The notes: a model not told the origin generated them from the letters alone. Shown: positions 10,484-20,289, counted from the first letter of the stretch. The stretch: 64,000 bases of DNA from Candidatus Omnitrophota bacterium (GCA_043803685.1 JAZDJU010000040.1:1-64000), one strand, 5' to 3'. Program-made: numbers and translations.

Positions 10484-11023
10484 ATGATGCTCAACGGTAC
10501 GGAACAGAAAAAGATCCTTGTATATGTTCGAGAGTTGCTCGCGGCGCGTTTGACAGGAGCGCCCGAACCTCAGCTTGAGCTCTCTCAAGAGATCCTGGAG
10601 CAAAAACGCGGGATCTTTGTGACGCTTAAATCCCGGGGGCATCTTCGGGGTTGTATCGGGCACATTCTTGGATACGAACCACTCGGGAAAAGCATTCGTC
10701 AGATGACACTCGCTGCTGCGTTCGAAGATCCGCGGTTCCCGCCGCTCGTCTTGAGCGAACTGAAGGATCTTAAGTTCCACATCTCGATCCTTACGGAGCC
10801 TTCGCCCGTGAAAAGTTATACGGACATCCGGACGGGAACGGACGGTATCATTGTCAGTCTTGGATGGAAAAAGGGGGTCTATCTTCCCGAGGTCGCGACC
10901 GAGACCGGCTGGGATGCCCGGACATTTTTTGAAAGCTGCGCGCTAGAAAAAGCTGGCTTGACGAAGGGGGAACTCTCGCGGGCCACGATCGAGGTCTTTC
11001 AGACAGCGGGTTTTGAGGATTAA
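10484..11023 (+). CDS. amrA: AmmeMemoRadiSam system protein A (AMMECR1 family)
   Basis: GIFVTL...LRGCIG, AAFEDPRF, YLPEVA, KAG. Confidence 0.93.
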   Translation: MMLNGTEQKKILVYVRELLAARLTGAPEPQLELSQEILEQKRGIFVTLKSRGHLRGCIGHILGYEPLGKSIRQMTLAAAFEDPRFPPLVLSELKDLKFHISILTEPSPVKSYTDIRTGTDGIIVSLGWKKGVYLPEVATETGWDARTFFESCALEKAGLTKGELSRATIEVFQTAGFED

Positions 11024-11117
11024 GTTTCGCGCGTTCAAAAAAGATTAAAAAAGACGCGGAACAGCCGATACTCTACCTGGATTGAATGGGTTTCGACGAA
11101 AAGAGGAGAGTCTTCCA

Positions 11118-11501
11118 ATGAAAAAAACAGTACTATTTCTTGCCGCCGCACTGATATTTTCCTGCGCTCAGGCCCACGCCGTTCTCAAGGACGAAATGGA
11201 TTCCGGTAAGGCGCTCGATAAACTGGGTCGAGGAGTGGCCAATGTCATTACCGGTCCCGGGGAGGTCTTGTACCAAATGCCGGGGGCGATGGAGAGCAGT
11301 CCGGATTACATCTCGGGATTCGTCAAGGCGATCGGACGCGGGATCAAGTATGGTTTTCTGCGGACCGGAGCCGGGATCTACGATATCGCGACGGCCCCCT
11401 TCCCAGGGCCTTCCAAATACAAACCTATTACAAAACCGGGTACTCCGGAGACCATTGCTGACAGGGTCCTCAATACTACCATCAGTCGCACCCTTAGCTA
11501 G
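11118..11501 (+). CDS. exosortase-system-associated protein (TIGR04073-like)
   Basis: signal peptide; KLGRGVANV.TG.GE and R.GAG.YDI.TAPFP motifs. Confidence 0.75.
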   Translation: MKKTVLFLAAALIFSCAQAHAVLKDEMDSGKALDKLGRGVANVITGPGEVLYQMPGAMESSPDYISGFVKAIGRGIKYGFLRTGAGIYDIATAPFPGPSKYKPITKPGTPETIADRVLNTTISRTLS

Positions 11502-11524
11502 GGGATCCAAGGCTTCTTGATTTT

Positions 11525-11561
11525 GACCTTCGCTCGAGTTTTGAGCGAAGGTCTTTTTTTT
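11525..11561 (+). terminator. intrinsic terminator
   Basis: GACCTTCGCTC / GAGCGAAGGTC stem + T8. Confidence 0.85.
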
Positions 11562-11595
11562 CTGCGCGCTGTTTTCATGGGCGTTGAAATTGACA

Positions 11596-11689
11596 GGTAT
11601 TGGGACTATCCTTGCCTTGTATCCTTTTCCCAAAGGTTGGCAAGGATTGCCCCCAACTCAGCTTTGCTTCGATGAATCGGTATTGGGAC
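11596..11689 (-). repeat. dispersed palindromic repeat (GTCCCAATAC family)
   Basis: GGTATTGGGAC twice; related copies at 47413-47488 and 49624-49752. Confidence 0.7.
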
Positions 11690-11724
11690 TTAGAGCATCT
11701 CAATTCTTCCATGGAGGATGACCC

Positions 11725-12141
11725 ATGAAAACGCACACCGAATACCTGACTTTCGAGACGAAAAAGAAACGCGACTATATCCACATTACACCCCAGGTCG
11801 AAGCTGCGGTCACGAAGAGCGGCGTGAAGGAAGGTCTTTGCCTCGTCAATCCCATGCACATCACTGCGAGTGTTTATATCAATGATCATGAGCAGGGTCT
11901 GATCCGTGATTTCGACGACTTTCTCGAACGTATCGCGCCGTATGATCCCGACGGTTACCGTCATCATCAGACGGGCGAAGACAACGGCGATGCCCATGTG
12001 AAGCGGCAACTTTTTGGCCGCGAAGTCGTGATCGCCATTACGAAGGGACACCTCGATCTCGGGACCTGGGAGCGTATTTTTTACGCCGAGTTCGACGGTT
12101 GCCGCCCGAAACGCGTGCTCGTCAAGATCCTCGGGGAGTAG
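11725..12141 (+). CDS. yjbQ: YjbQ / UPF0047 family protein
   Basis: [36 protein letters not shown]. Confidence 0.92.
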   Translation: MKTHTEYLTFETKKKRDYIHITPQVEAAVTKSGVKEGLCLVNPMHITASVYINDHEQGLIRDFDDFLERIAPYDPDGYRHHQTGEDNGDAHVKRQLFGREVVIAITKGHLDLGTWERIFYAEFDGCRPKRVLVKILGE

Positions 12142-12156
12142 GCTCAGGGAACTGCC

Positions 12157-14205
12157 ATGTCCAACACCTATCGTGATAAGCCCAAAAAGCGTCCGAAGAA
12201 AGTTCACGCGCCGCTCCCTCCCAGGATCGAGAAAAAAGAGGAACGCAGGATCTGGGTCGGCGATGAGGCCATCATTGAGAAACATTTTCTCCACCTGACA
12301 CGTCTTCTCCGCGATGAAGAGCGCGAGGAACAGAACCGCTTCAAAACGGATTTCCTGGACCGGAAGCCTGAAGAACGGGAAAAAAAAGGCAAGGCGATCT
12401 TCCGGCTCGATCTTCTGGAAACTCACTACAATCCGTCGGGTCAGAAACTCTTGACCTTCGCGCTCCAAAGCAGTCGTCCCTTGCCGCGTTATTCCCTGAG
12501 CCCCGGCGATGTCGTTTCGCTTTCCGGCTTCCAGACGCCTCCGGAAGACTGCCCCGCAGGCACCGTCTATGAGAAGGACCGTTTCCGCATCACGGTCGCT
12601 TTTAGCGGCAGGATCCCGGGTTGGGTCGAGAGTGAAAAAAGTTATCAGCTGAGCCTCTCCGAGAACCGCACCACGTATCAGCGGATGTATGAAGCCCTTC
12701 AGATGACGCGTACTGCGGAACATTCCAGAGTCTCCCGGCTGAGGGACATCAGTCTGGGACTTAAAAAACCTCTTCTGGGAGATCCGATCCCTGAGGGAGT
12801 GGCCCAGAGTTTTGACCCGACGCTGAATGATGATCAGAAAAAGGCTGTCCGGATGGCGCTTGAGACTGAGGATATTCTTCTCATTCACGGGCCTCCGGGA
12901 ACAGGGAAGACGAGGGTGTTGACCGAGATCATTCATCAGGTTTATCAAAAGGGCCAAACCGTTCTTGTCTCCGCCCCGAGCAATGCCGCGTGTGATCATC
13001 TGGTGGAGTGTCTCGTGAAAAAAAGGATTCCCGTGACGCGTCTCGGTCATCCAGCGAGGATCACTGAGCGGGTTCGTGAGCATACCTTGAGCTATAAACT
13101 TGCCGCGCATCCTTACGCGAAAATGATCGATGAGCATGAGGCAAGGCTCGAGCAGTTGTCCCGGCAAAAGGAGCGGCGGCAGGACCGGCGCGTCATGTCG
13201 TGGGAGGAGCGCAACGAAATGCGCGACGAAGTCCACCGGCTTCGCGATGATATTCGCGATCTCAAAACGCAGATCTTCAAGCAGGTCTGGAATGCTTCGG
13301 ATGTCGTTGTCGCGACGCACACGGTGTGCGGCGATCCGCTTATTCGCGCGAAGGCTTTTGATTGGGTGATCCTGGATGAGGCGACGCAGGGGATCGAGCC
13401 CGCGACATGGATCCCGATGCGCCATGGGGGGAAGGTCATTCTCGCGGGGGACCATTGCCAGCTCCCGCCGACGGTCTTTCGGTCCAAGCCGGGCGAGCGG
13501 GGCTTGGGGTTCACGCTTTTTGAGCGATTGCACGACGTGCTCGACGCGAAGGCCAGGGTGCGGTTGGAGAGGCAATACCGGATGCACGGGAGCATCATGG
13601 ATTTTTCTTCGCGGGAATTTTATGACGGCGCGCTTGTCGCAGATCCGTCGGTCGTGAGTCACACACTGAAAGACCTTCCGAAGATCAAAACCGAGGGATT
13701 GGACGGGACTCCCGTTGTTTTTCTCGACACCGCGGGACTCGGATATGAAGAGGAAATCGAGGATGGGACCGAAAGCCGCTACAATTCTCAAGAGGCAAAA
13801 CTTGTTGTAAAAGAACTGGAGTGTTTGCTCCGGGCCGGGGTTTCTCCCGACGAGATCGCGATCATCAGTCCTTACAGCGCTCAGGTAAAACTTTTGACAG
13901 GTATGATCCTTGGCGAAAAAGGAGATCCGGGCGACCTGGCAGCGCTTGAGATCGATAGCGTGGACGCGTTCCAGGGCCGGGAAAAAGAAGCGGTGATCGT
14001 TTCGCTCGTGCGGTCGAACCGTGAAGGACAGCTTGGGTTTCTCACCGATACGCGGCGGATGAACGTTGCTATGACGCGCGCGAAGCGAAAGCTCATCATG
14101 ATCGGAGACAGTGCGACGCTCTCCAACCACACCTTTTTCGAAGATCTGCTCCGCTACGTCGAATCCGTGGACGGTTATCGCAGTGCTTGGGAAGATACAA
14201 AATAG
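12157..14205 (+). CDS. IGHMBP2/UPF1-like superfamily 1 helicase (DNA2/NAM7)
   Basis: GPPGTGKT, APSNAACD, DEATQ, GDHCQLPP, QYRM, SPYSAQ, VDAFQGREK, RRMNVAMTRA. Confidence 0.93.
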   Translation: MSNTYRDKPKKRPKKVHAPLPPRIEKKEERRIWVGDEAIIEKHFLHLTRLLRDEEREEQNRFKTDFLDRKPEEREKKGKAIFRLDLLETHYNPSGQKLLTFALQSSRPLPRYSLSPGDVVSLSGFQTPPEDCPAGTVYEKDRFRITVAFSGRIPGWVESEKSYQLSLSENRTTYQRMYEALQMTRTAEHSRVSRLRDISLGLKKPLLGDPIPEGVAQSFDPTLNDDQKKAVRMALETEDILLIHGPPGTGKTRVLTEIIHQVYQKGQTVLVSAPSNAACDHLVECLVKKRIPVTRLGHPARITERVREHTLSYKLAAHPYAKMIDEHEARLEQLSRQKERRQDRRVMSWEERNEMRDEVHRLRDDIRDLKTQIFKQVWNASDVVVATHTVCGDPLIRAKAFDWVILDEATQGIEPATWIPMRHGGKVILAGDHCQLPPTVFRSKPGERGLGFTLFERLHDVLDAKARVRLERQYRMHGSIMDFSSREFYDGALVADPSVVSHTLKDLPKIKTEGLDGTPVVFLDTAGLGYEEEIEDGTESRYNSQEAKLVVKELECLLRAGVSPDEIAIISPYSAQVKLLTGMILGEKGDPGDLAALEIDSVDAFQGREKEAVIVSLVRSNREGQLGFLTDTRRMNVAMTRAKRKLIMIGDSATLSNHTFFEDLLRYVESVDGYRSAWEDTK

Positions 14206-14315
14206 GGATAGGAAGAGTTTGGCGTTGAGGCAGTCGTGATTTTCCTATAACCTATGTCCGTCGCGTTTAAAGGCCGCAACGATTTTTTTTGAGATAAAGC
14301 TGAAAGGAGAAAAAT

Positions 14316-14579
14316 ATGCAATGTCCTCTGGCCGGTTGCTTTTCTATGATGCCCAAGATCCTTTTTCTCGGTACCGGTGTTCTAGGTCTTGCCCTGGGGA
14401 TCCTTTCTATCGTATGGCCGAAACGGTCGATTGGCCTCTATCAATCGATCATGGCACGCTTTAACTGGAAGGTGGCTCCGATCGATGAGTCGCGCGAGGT
14501 GCGGAACACCCAAATCCTTGGAGCTGTTCTGACCGCATTGAGCCTTATCATTTTTCATCTGCTTTATCCTTGCCGCTGA
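14316..14579 (+). CDS. hypothetical small membrane protein
   Basis: SD AAGGAG; two hydrophobic segments; overlaps start of next gene. Confidence 0.6.
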   Translation: MQCPLAGCFSMMPKILFLGTGVLGLALGILSIVWPKRSIGLYQSIMARFNWKVAPIDESREVRNTQILGAVLTALSLIIFHLLYPCR

Positions 14580-15310
14580 GCGCCGTTGTGCTGAATGCCC
14601 TGCTTTCGATCTTTTTCTGGGTTAGTTGCGTCCTGCTTCTGGCGCTGCTTTACAGCGTCATGCTGGTTCTTCTGCTTATCACTTTTCCTTTCGACAAGCA
14701 AAGAAAGATCCTGCACCGGCAGTGTTTCTGGTGGTCGAGCGCCATCATTGGACTGAATCCTTATTGGACAGTGAAAGTGAATGGCCTGGAGCACGCGGAT
14801 CCCAAGCGCACTTACGTGATAGTGGCGAATCACCAGAGTTTGGCCGACATTGTGGTCTTGTACCAACTGCGCCTTCAGTTCAAGTGGGTGGCGAAGGAAA
14901 GCCTTTTTAGAGTTCCTTTCCTGGGATGGTGTCTCGGCCTTTGCAAACACATCAGCTTGAAGCGTAACGACCGCGCAAGCATTCGCGACGTTTACCGCGA
15001 AGCGATCGGTTATATCCGTTCGGGGATGTCCGTTCTTTTTTTTCCGGAAGGGACGCGTAGTGAGACAGAGGAGATGAACCCTTTTCAGTCTGGGGCCTTC
15101 AAGCTAGCTATTTCGGAGAGAGTGCCGATCCTGCCTGTGGCTGTGAGCGGAACGAGGAATGCGATCCCTAAGGGGGATTGGGTGATGAGGTCCAAGGTCT
15201 TCTGCAACTTGACCGTCCTCGAACCTATCGAGACGGATTCTTTACAATCCAGTGATTCTTCGAAATTGAGCGAAATCGTCCGCTCCCGCATCGCCGAAAA
15301 ATTGGTCTAA
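14570..15310 (+). CDS. lysophospholipid acyltransferase (PlsC-like)
   Basis: NHQSLAD and FFPEGTRS motifs. Confidence 0.92.
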   Translation: MPLSAVVLNALLSIFFWVSCVLLLALLYSVMLVLLLITFPFDKQRKILHRQCFWWSSAIIGLNPYWTVKVNGLEHADPKRTYVIVANHQSLADIVVLYQLRLQFKWVAKESLFRVPFLGWCLGLCKHISLKRNDRASIRDVYREAIGYIRSGMSVLFFPEGTRSETEEMNPFQSGAFKLAISERVPILPVAVSGTRNAIPKGDWVMRSKVFCNLTVLEPIETDSLQSSDSSKLSEIVRSRIAEKLV

Positions 15311-15321
15311 CGACTCATCCC

Positions 15322-15700
15322 GGGTGCATGACCGTAGCTGCGAGGCTTCAAACGCAAAGCAGGAAACCGTATGCCTCCCGATCGTTCGTCCGCCCCAGCG
15401 TGGCGGACTCACTCGCGCGCTCGACTTCGCTCGGCCGGGAGACTTTGCCAGAGCCAGCTCTCGGAGCGCGAGAGTGCAGGCGGCACTGGCTCTCTATAAA
15501 AAATCGTATTGAAAGCGAGTACCGCACTAAACTTCCGATAAATTCTTGTGGGTCGTTCAGTGCGGTCGGCGGCCGCAGGGCCGACGAACCGCTGGTGGCG
15601 GCGGCAAAGACTCCCGGCCACCATGCCCGCTCCGCCTCGCGAGCGTCGTTCGGCATACGGTTTCCTCCTTCAGCCTGCCCACAGCTACGGTCATGCACCC
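15322..15700. mobile_element. ~379-bp MITE-like long palindromic element
   Basis: perfect 19-bp terminal IR GGGTGCATGACCGTAGCTG; nested IRs 15361-15375/15652-15666 and 15433-15449/15603-15619; no credible protein. Confidence 0.65.
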
Positions 15701-15765
15701 CGCGGCGCCTTTTTTATTGATAATTGATTCTGAAAGGCGTAGTCTCCTCATTCCTTGAGGGAATT

Positions 15766-16065
15766 ATGATTCAATTCCAAAGAAATAAATCATTTTATTT
15801 TACGGCAATTCTTTTGCTGGCAGGCTTTGTCGCGCTCACCTTCCATCCGCTCATTCACGCGATCCATCATGATGGCGATAAGGATGATGCGGATTCTTGC
15901 CCGTTATGCCGGTTCGTCGCGGCGCTTGGTTTTGTTCTTTTCTGCGTTTTTTCATTTTTCCTCAAAGCTCGACAAGTGCGGTTCGATCTTTCCGAATTCA
16001 GACAATGCTTACCGTTTGAATTTCTTTCTCCTCGCTATGGCCGCGCCCCGCCCGTCCTTTCCTGA
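15766..16065 (+). CDS. DUF2946/CruR-like leader protein with His cluster, CxxC and C-terminal RAPP motif
   Basis: TM - HPLIHAIHH - CPLC - TM - GRAPPVLS*; directly upstream of metal-uptake genes. Confidence 0.75.
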   Translation: MIQFQRNKSFYFTAILLLAGFVALTFHPLIHAIHHDGDKDDADSCPLCRFVAALGFVLFCVFSFFLKARQVRFDLSEFRQCLPFEFLSPRYGRAPPVLS

Positions 16066-16183
16066 GACTGCGTTCCTGTAAACTTTACAGGCTCGCAGTA
16101 TTGCACCGCATGCTCCTTGAGATTTAAGGAGCGCGGAGCTGAGCGTTTTCTCTCGATCCCTAACGCAGGAAAGGAGTGTCACT

Positions 16184-17521
16184 ATGCGACTTCACACGCG
16201 GCCATTTTTTATACTGTTGTTCATTTTTTGTTTTAACCCTCTCGGGACCCTATGGGCGGAATCGACCCTCGGACCCAAGATGGGGCAAGACATCGCAGAT
16301 CTGAAGCGGATGATGACGGCGATGGAAAGTAATATGGAAGTTCTTAAATCGACCGTTCGGGCTCAGAACGAGATTATCGAGCGGCAAAATTACCGGATCG
16401 AGGTGTTCGAGAAAAAGCAGACCGCAGTTTCGGTCCAGACTGCGATGCCGCAAACGCCTCTCCAGGTAAACCCCAAGGCCAATGCAGGATGGAATCCGGA
16501 TATCGGGATCGCGGGGACGGTGCAAACGAAATTGACCCAGAACAAGTCGGATACGGAAGGTAATAACGCGATCGCATTGAAAGAGTTTGAAATGACTCTG
16601 GGGCAAGTGGTGGATCCCTACTCCCGTTTTGATGCAACGATCAGTCTTAACGATCATATCGAGGAGCATGTCATCCATCTCGAAGAAGCCTACTACACCC
16701 GATGGGGATTGCCGCTTGGGTTCACGGGGCAGATCGGAAAATTCCGCGCCAATATCGGGAAAGCGAACCTCATGCATGCCCATGCGCTGCCCACGGCGGA
16801 CTATCCTCTCGTTATCCAGAACTTTTTTGGCGAGGAAGGGTTGTCATCCTCCGGATTGCGGCTCAGGAACGATATCCCGAATCCGTGGGACCTGCCCTTG
16901 GAGGTTACCGGAGAGATCTTGCGAGGGAACAACGGGGCAAGTTTCGCAGAAGTGTCCAGGCGGCCTATTTTTAACACGCATCTCAAGACTTTTTTTGAGC
17001 CATCGGCTGATACGAATCTGGAGCTAGGCTGGACGACGATGTTCGGGACTGTGAATCCTCCCCTGACGATCGATGCGGGTGACGGAACGACCACGGAATG
17101 GACGCGGCCGGAAGGGACGGATTGGTACGGTGTCAAAGTCTATGGGGGGGATGCTACCTTTCATTGGTTTCTGCCGGAAGGTAAACAAGTGACCTGGCAG
17201 AACGAGATCTATTTTCAGAACAGGCCCGATCTTGTTAATTCCGTTAACACAAAACCTTGGGGTTTTTATTCGCTTGTGGAGTACAAACTCTCCCAAAGGT
17301 TTTGTCCCGGGGTCCGTTTTGATTATGTCGACCCCCTGGATGTTTCCGGCGGGCACGGCACGACCTCGGTTTCGCCCTATTTGATCTTTTGGCAAAGCGA
17401 ATATGTGGATGTGAAATTGCAGTACTCGCACACCGTCTATGCGGGCGGCGAAAAAACGGACAACGCCGCTTTTTTTGTGGTGGATTTCCTGGCGGGTAAC
17501 CACAAACACGCGATTCAATAA
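16184..17521 (+). CDS. outer-membrane beta-barrel / Zn-uptake-associated receptor-like protein
   Basis: signal peptide, coiled coil, NPDIG, VDPY, LEEAY, G..N.MHAH, C-terminal G.HKH; first gene of metal ABC cluster. Confidence 0.7.
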   Translation: MRLHTRPFFILLFIFCFNPLGTLWAESTLGPKMGQDIADLKRMMTAMESNMEVLKSTVRAQNEIIERQNYRIEVFEKKQTAVSVQTAMPQTPLQVNPKANAGWNPDIGIAGTVQTKLTQNKSDTEGNNAIALKEFEMTLGQVVDPYSRFDATISLNDHIEEHVIHLEEAYYTRWGLPLGFTGQIGKFRANIGKANLMHAHALPTADYPLVIQNFFGEEGLSSSGLRLRNDIPNPWDLPLEVTGEILRGNNGASFAEVSRRPIFNTHLKTFFEPSADTNLELGWTTMFGTVNPPLTIDAGDGTTTEWTRPEGTDWYGVKVYGGDATFHWFLPEGKQVTWQNEIYFQNRPDLVNSVNTKPWGFYSLVEYKLSQRFCPGVRFDYVDPLDVSGGHGTTSVSPYLIFWQSEYVDVKLQYSHTVYAGGEKTDNAAFFVVDFLAGNHKHAIQ

Positions 17522-17546
17522 ATTTTTTAATCACAGGAGGATTGTT

Positions 17547-18482
17547 ATGCTTACCCAAAAGACGATCGTGGCTTTAGTTCTAAGCCTTTTGCCTCTTTTT
17601 TCGGGGAACCTGCTCGGGGCTGAGAAGCTCAATGTCGTCGCGACGACGACTACTCTGTCCAGCATTGCCCAGGAAGTGGCGGGGGATAAGATCGGGCTTC
17701 AGGCGATCGCATCCACCAAACAGAACATCCATCATTACGCGCCGACGCCCAGGGATGTTCTTAAAATTAAAAGGGCGGATGTGTTGATTCATGAGGGGTT
17801 GGACCTGGAAGCCTGGCGCCAGCCACTACTGGAGGCTGCAGGCAATCGCCGGTTCCTGGGAGAGGGGGAATATTCTATCGATGTCTCCCGAGGGGTCTTA
17901 TTGCTTGAGATCCCTGCCACCTTTTCGCGGGCCGAAGGGGATATTCATGTTTTCGGGAATCCTCATTATGTGGGCGATCCCGGCAATGCGAAGATCATCG
18001 CTTTGAATATTGCAGAAGGATTGGCCAAAGTTGATCCCGAAAACGCTGATTTTTTTAGAGGCAATGCAACGGCCTTTAACAAAAAATTGGACGCGAAGAT
18101 CAAGGATTGGGAAACACGAATGGCGGGATTTCGGGGGGTTCCGGTCGTGACCTATCACCGCAGCTGGTCCTATTTTATTAAGCGCTTCGGGCTTTCCGTG
18201 ATCGGTGAAGTCGAGCACAAACCCGGGATCCCGCCCACCGCCAAACACCTTGCGGGTCTGATCCAGCAAATGAAAGATAAAAAAGCGAAAGTGATCATCA
18301 AAGAACCCTTTGAAGAGACTCGCGCTCCAAAAAAGATCGCGGAGGAAACTGGCGCGCAAGTGGTGACCCTTTCCCAGTCGGTGGGAGAACCCCAAGAGGC
18401 GAAGGATTACATCTCTCTCATGGAGCAGAATATCAGCTTGATCGAGTGGGCATTGGCCGGACAGAAAGGCGGGGTTTCATGA
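17547..18482 (+). CDS. Zn/Mn ABC transporter substrate-binding protein (TroA/ZnuA family)
   Basis: HHYAPTP, GLDLE.W, GDIHVFGNPHY, YHRSWSYF, KPGIPPTAKHL. Confidence 0.9.
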   Translation: MLTQKTIVALVLSLLPLFSGNLLGAEKLNVVATTTTLSSIAQEVAGDKIGLQAIASTKQNIHHYAPTPRDVLKIKRADVLIHEGLDLEAWRQPLLEAAGNRRFLGEGEYSIDVSRGVLLLEIPATFSRAEGDIHVFGNPHYVGDPGNAKIIALNIAEGLAKVDPENADFFRGNATAFNKKLDAKIKDWETRMAGFRGVPVVTYHRSWSYFIKRFGLSVIGEVEHKPGIPPTAKHLAGLIQQMKDKKAKVIIKEPFEETRAPKKIAEETGAQVVTLSQSVGEPQEAKDYISLMEQNISLIEWALAGQKGGVS

Positions 18483-19306
18483 ATGATTTTTTTCTTTTGA
18501 TGTGGAAACCCCTGTTGGCTTGTTTTATTTTGACGGGGATCCACACCTATCTGGGGGTCCATGTCGTTGAAAGGAAGGTCATTTTTGTGGACCTCGCCCT
18601 GGCCCAGATCGCGGCTTTGGGTGCGGTCCTCGCCTTCATGTTCGGGTTCGGATTGCACGGGCAGGCGACGTACGGGTGTTCTCTCGGGGCGACTTTTGTC
18701 GGGGCCATTATCTTTTCCGTAACACGGGCTCGACGGGAGAAAATACCTCAAGAGGCCATCATTGGAATTGTCTATGCGGTGGCTGCGGCCGGGGCCATTC
18801 TCATCCTGAGCCGGGCGGCGGAAGGGGACGAAGAAATCCGGCACATGTTGGTCGGCAATATCCTTCTAGTGGATCTCCGCGAGATACTTACGATGGCTGT
18901 TCTTTACGGCATCGTGGGTTTGTTCCACTGGTGTTTTCGAAACAAGTTTCTTCTGATCTCGACCCAACCCGAAGAGGCTTATCAAAAGGGCATCAAAGTC
19001 CGGGGATGGGATATTCTTTTTTACCTGACTTTCGGCCTTGTCGTCACAAGTTCGGTGCATATTGCGGGGGTTCTGCTCGTTTTTTCGTTCCTGATCATCC
19101 CGGCGGTCGGAGCGATCCTTTTTTCGGACAAGATCTCCGGCAGACTTTTTCTGGGATGGGGCTACGGGGTTCTTGCGAGTCTCACCGGGATCGGGCTTTC
19201 TTATTACTTCGATCTTCCGACAGGGGCCACGGTCGTCTGTGTATTCGGCGGGCTTTTAGTGTTACTGGCTTTTGCGAGGTCGATCTTCGTTAGGGCGACG
19301 CACTAG
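18479..19306 (+). CDS. metal ABC transporter permease (ZnuB/ABC-3 family)
   Basis: HTYLGVHVVERKVIFVDLALAQIAALG, EAIIG, AGVLLVFSFLIIP, DLPTGA. Confidence 0.9.
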   Translation: MNDFFLLMWKPLLACFILTGIHTYLGVHVVERKVIFVDLALAQIAALGAVLAFMFGFGLHGQATYGCSLGATFVGAIIFSVTRARREKIPQEAIIGIVYAVAAAGAILILSRAAEGDEEIRHMLVGNILLVDLREILTMAVLYGIVGLFHWCFRNKFLLISTQPEEAYQKGIKVRGWDILFYLTFGLVVTSSVHIAGVLLVFSFLIIPAVGAILFSDKISGRLFLGWGYGVLASLTGIGLSYYFDLPTGATVVCVFGGLLVLLAFARSIFVRATH

Positions 19307-19334
19307 TGCCGCAAAAGGGTATTGCTCCGAAGGA

Positions 19335-20147
19335 TCAACTAAAAGCGACGTCGAGGAACATCATGAGGGCGAAGCCGAGAATGGTGCCTGTCGTGGCGAG
19401 GTCGCTGTTCCCGTTCTGTTGTGATTCGGGGATCACTTCCTCCACGACGACAAAGATCATCGCGCCTGCGGCGAACGCGAGCGCGAAAGGCAGAAGCGGC
19501 TGAACGACCATCACGATCGCTGCGCCGATCACGGCCGCGACGGGCTCGACCGCTCCCGAAAGCAGACCGTACCAGAAGCTTTTCCCTTTGGAGAGACCGT
19601 CCCGGTGAAGCGGGAAGGAGACCGCGAGCCCTTCTGGGAAATTCTGGATCCCGATCCCAACCGCAAGCGCCATGGCGGCCATGAGCGGCATGGGGTTCAA
19701 GCTGGCGCCCGTGGAGCCAAAGGCCACGCCGACCGCCAATCCTTCGGGAATATTGTGGATCGTTAGCGCGAGAACAAGCAGTGTGCACTTGGGCCACTTC
19801 GTTTTGATCCCTTCGATCTTTTCGTCGGGCATCAGAGGGTGAAGATGGGGGAGGATCGTGTCAACCCCGCGGAAAAATATGGCGCCGAGAAGAAATCCGA
19901 CGAGGGCCGGAAGCCACGGGATCATGCCCTGTTCTCTAGCCATTTGGATCGAGGGTGCGAGAAGCGACCAGAAGCTGGCGGCGATCATGACGCCTGCCGC
20001 GAAGCCGAGCATGACATCCAGGATCTTCTGGTTGATCTTTCTGAAGATAAAGATTGTCGCTGCGCCAAGCCCGGTCATGGCCCACGTGAAAAGGCCGGCC
20101 ACGAGTGCTTGAAGTATCACGGGATAATGCGTTGAAGTTTGTAGCAT
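19335..20147 (-). CDS. ZIP family metal transporter (ZupT/GufA)
   Basis: GFAAGVMIAASFWSLL, HNIPEG, QNFPEG, EVIPES. Confidence 0.93.
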   Translation of the reverse strand: MLQTSTHYPVILQALVAGLFTWAMTGLGAATIFIFRKINQKILDVMLGFAAGVMIAASFWSLLAPSIQMAREQGMIPWLPALVGFLLGAIFFRGVDTILPHLHPLMPDEKIEGIKTKWPKCTLLVLALTIHNIPEGLAVGVAFGSTGASLNPMPLMAAMALAVGIGIQNFPEGLAVSFPLHRDGLSKGKSFWYGLLSGAVEPVAAVIGAAIVMVVQPLLPFALAFAAGAMIFVVVEEVIPESQQNGNSDLATTGTILGFALMMFLDVAFS

Positions 20148-20164
20148 CGAGGGTCCTTAAAGAA

Positions 20165-20204
20165 TTTTTGGGAGGCCCGGTTGTGACGGGGCCTCCCAAA
20201 AAAA
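20165..20204 (-). terminator. intrinsic terminator downstream of ferritin-like gene
   Basis: TTTTTGGGAGGCCC / GGGCCTCCCAAAAAAA. Confidence 0.75.
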
Positions 20205-20289
20205 GTGAGAGTCTAGTACTGTTCTCTATTTAATTTTAGGGGTTAACAGTACTGTACCGCATACCCCTAATTTTAATTGTCATGCGGCA

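Noticed and set aside
11575..14130. 851-aa minus-strand ORF
   Set aside because: Antisense shadow of yjbQ and the helicase in GC-rich DNA; no motifs.
15324..15758. several short ORFs on both strands
   Set aside because: Products of the GC-rich palindromic element; mirror-image peptides with no SD or motifs.
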